Assembly: GCA_037441285.1 (NCBI GenBank)
Contig: JBBISL010000014.1
Location: forward strand, 1-55,114
From: a candidate division WOR-3 bacterium
GTDB lineage: Bacteria; Hydrothermota; Tepidihabitantia; Tepidihabitantales; Tepidihabitantaceae
Direction of reading: 5' to 3'
Length of the DNA stretch: 55,114 nt
Shown here one piece after another: positions 53,380 to 55,114 of the stretch. Made by a program: the position numbers and the translations under genes. The notes under the pieces are model-generated. The model saw only the letters and a list, made by a program, of their open reading frames with translations. It was not told the origin of the DNA and made no database searches. How positions within the stretch are numbered: position 1 is the stretch's first letter; every line of letters begins with the position of its first letter.

Positions 53380-53969
53380 AGTTGCTTTTTGCAACTCGTA
53401 ATCAGGGTAAGTTTCGAGAGGTAAAATATCTGTGCGAACAAGCCGGCTGGGCGGCAATCAGTCTTAACGACATCGGTCTGGATTTGTCAGTTAAGGAAGA
53501 TGGCGCAACCTTCGCCGCGAATGCTTACAAAAAGGCACGCGCCGCATTTGAGTTGACCAAGATGTGGGTCCTGGGCGAGGATTCCGGACTTGAGGTAGAT
53601 GCGCTTGGTGGCCAGCCCGGAATAATGTCGGCGCGATTCGGCGGTGAGGGAGCAACCGATTTAGAGCGTAATCAGCGACTACTGGAGATGATTATTGCGG
53701 TGCCGTATGAAAAACGCACCGCTCGTTTCCGGTGTGTGATGTGTCTGATTAATCCGCAAGGAGAAGAAAAATTTTTTGAGGGGGTGTGTGAGGGGAAAAT
53801 TGCCCATACGATTCGCGGTATTACCGGGTTTGGCTATGACCCGATATTTATCCCGGAAGGTTATGGTTTTACCTTTGCCGAACTGGAGTGGGCAGTGAAG
53901 AATGAGATTAGCCATCGCGCCCGGGCGCTTCGTCAAGTCATCGAGTATCTGAAGAGTATTAACAGGTAA
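53376..53969 (+). CDS. rdgB: dITP/XTP pyrophosphatase
   Basis: ATRNQGK, EDSGLEVDAL.G.PG..SAR, GFGYDPIF, KNEISHR. Confidence 0.95.
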   Translation: MKLLFATRNQGKFREVKYLCEQAGWAAISLNDIGLDLSVKEDGATFAANAYKKARAAFELTKMWVLGEDSGLEVDALGGQPGIMSARFGGEGATDLERNQRLLEMIIAVPYEKRTARFRCVMCLINPQGEEKFFEGVCEGKIAHTIRGITGFGYDPIFIPEGYGFTFAELEWAVKNEISHRARALRQVIEYLKSINR

Positions 53970-53986
53970 GAGCGTCAGGTTTACAA

Positions 53987-54015
53987 TTGACAAAACCGAT
54001 GGTTTGATTTATAGT
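53987..54015 (+). promoter_or_regulatory. sigma70 promoter of tRNA-Pro/tRNA-Arg
   Basis: TTGACA-N17-TATAGT, 7 nt before mature tRNA-Pro position 1. Confidence 0.75.
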
Positions 54016-54022
54016 TTTGACA

Positions 54023-54096
54023 CGGGGAGTAGCGCAGCTGGTTTGCGCACCACGCTTGGGACGTGGGGGTCGCCCGTTCAAATCGGGTCTCCCCGA
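54023..54096 (+). tRNA. tRNA-Pro(TGG), no encoded CCA
   Basis: CGGGGAGTAGCGCAGC...CCACG-CTTGGGA-CGTGG...GTTCAAATC...CTCCCCGA. Confidence 0.95.
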
Positions 54097-54097
54097 T

Positions 54098-54171
54098 GCG
54101 CCTGTAGCTCAGCTGGATAGAGCATCGGATTTCTAATCCGATGGCCGGGGGTTCGAATCCCTCCAGGCGCG
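54098..54171 (+). tRNA. tRNA-Arg(TCT), no encoded CCA
   Basis: GCGCCTGTAGCTCAGCTGGATAGAGC...TCGGA-TTTCTAA-TCCGA...GTTCGAATC...CAGGCGCG. Confidence 0.96.
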
Positions 54172-54221
54172 CTCAGTTTTTGACGGTTATTCTAATGGTT
54201 TGAGGTTTCCAATTTTGTAAG

Positions 54222-55114
54222 TTAGGCAAGGAGATTACGGGCAATAACAATTCGCTGAATCTCGGATGTTCCCTCGTAAATCTCCATACACTTCGCATCG
54301 CGGTAATGGCGTTCGACCGGATACTCCTTGGTGTAGCCGTAACCGCCGAGAATCTGAACCGCTTCTCGCGTGACTTCCACTGCGGTCGTTGCGGCAAAAA
54401 GTTTTGCCATCGCCGCTTCCTGACTGAAGCGCGGTTTGCCAGCATCTTTTTGAAATGCCGCATAGTAAACCAGAAGTCGAGAGGCAGCGATTTTGGTTGC
54501 CATCTCGGCAAGTTTTGCCTGAATCATTTCAAATTCGCAGATGGGTTTACCAAACTGTTTTCGTTCTTTGGAGTAGGCGAGCGCCTTTTCAAAAGCCGCC
54601 TGGGCAATTCCGACCGCCTGAGCGCCGATGTCAATTCTTGAGACATCAAGGGTGCCGAGCGCTACTTTAAATCCGGCGTTGAGTTCACCGAGGACATTTT
54701 CTTTTGGAACCTCACAGTCTTCAAAGATGAGTTCGCAGTTCGCGGTGGCACGCAGCCCGAGCAAGTCTTCGTGTTTGCCCAGCGAAAAACCGGGGAAGGA
54801 GCGTTCAACCAGAAATGCGGTTATGCCTTTACTGCCCAGTTCCGGGGCGGTTTTGGCAAAGACGATGAAGATTTGGGCTGCTCCGGCGTTGGTGATGAAA
54901 CGCTTGGAACCGTTGAGGATATATTTATCCCCTTTTCGCACCGCTTTTGTTTCCATTGAAGCCGGGTCACTACCGGCATTGGCTTCGGTTAAACCGAATG
55001 CACCAAGCATTTCGCCCGTAGCCATTCGGCGGAGATACTTTTGTTTGAGTTCTTCACCTACCCAGTTGACGATGGGCCAGGCAACCAGAGTGTTGTGAAC
55101 GGCGGTGATGACGC
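54222..55114 (-). CDS. Acyl-CoA dehydrogenase (butyryl-CoA DH-like); 5' truncated by window edge
   Basis: [50 protein letters not shown]. Confidence 0.95.
   Translation of the reverse strand, partial: VITAVHNTLVAWPIVNWVGEELKQKYLRRMATGEMLGAFGLTEANAGSDPASMETKAVRKGDKYILNGSKRFITNAGAAQIFIVFAKTAPELGSKGITAFLVERSFPGFSLGKHEDLLGLRATANCELIFEDCEVPKENVLGELNAGFKVALGTLDVSRIDIGAQAVGIAQAAFEKALAYSKERKQFGKPICEFEMIQAKLAEMATKIAASRLLVYYAAFQKDAGKPRFSQEAAMAKLFAATTAVEVTREAVQILGGYGYTKEYPVERHYRDAKCMEIYEGTSEIQRIVIARNLLA

Overview
Gene-dense bacterial chromosomal window of mostly housekeeping and envelope genes. Gene content suggests a diderm FCB-related lineage such as candidate division WOR-3 (inference, not established). 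It holds about 45 CDS: metG-tatD-rsmA; tRNA-Val, zinc-ribbon protein, RNase H, acyltransferase, dut and two PimA-like GT4; degP; folD-ispA-dxs-sprA-comEA; ugd-uxs-oxidoreductase-GT2-ftsEX-envC-holB; livHMGF-DUF2723-MFS; an EF-G paralog; ispF-rhomboid; tdh-folE2-GATase; megL; manC-rdgB; and an acyl-CoA dehydrogenase. There are seven tRNAs, none with encoded CCA. I saw no integrase, transposase or CRISPR array. Main points of interest: (1) a 1881-aa SprA-like T9SS translocon overlapping a ComEA DNA-receptor gene, plus three modular proteins with T9SS/FlgD-type C-terminal sorting domains; (2) several apparently leaderless transcripts, including a near-leaderless tRNA operon and tRNA-led mRNAs; (3) rsmA with no canonical start codon before its conserved N-terminus; (4) an EF-G paralog with altered G3/G4/G5 motifs; (5) a subtilase with an Asp-box propeller inserted in its catalytic domain; (6) several unexplained RNA-like hairpins. 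All calls come from reading motifs by eye; no database searches were run.
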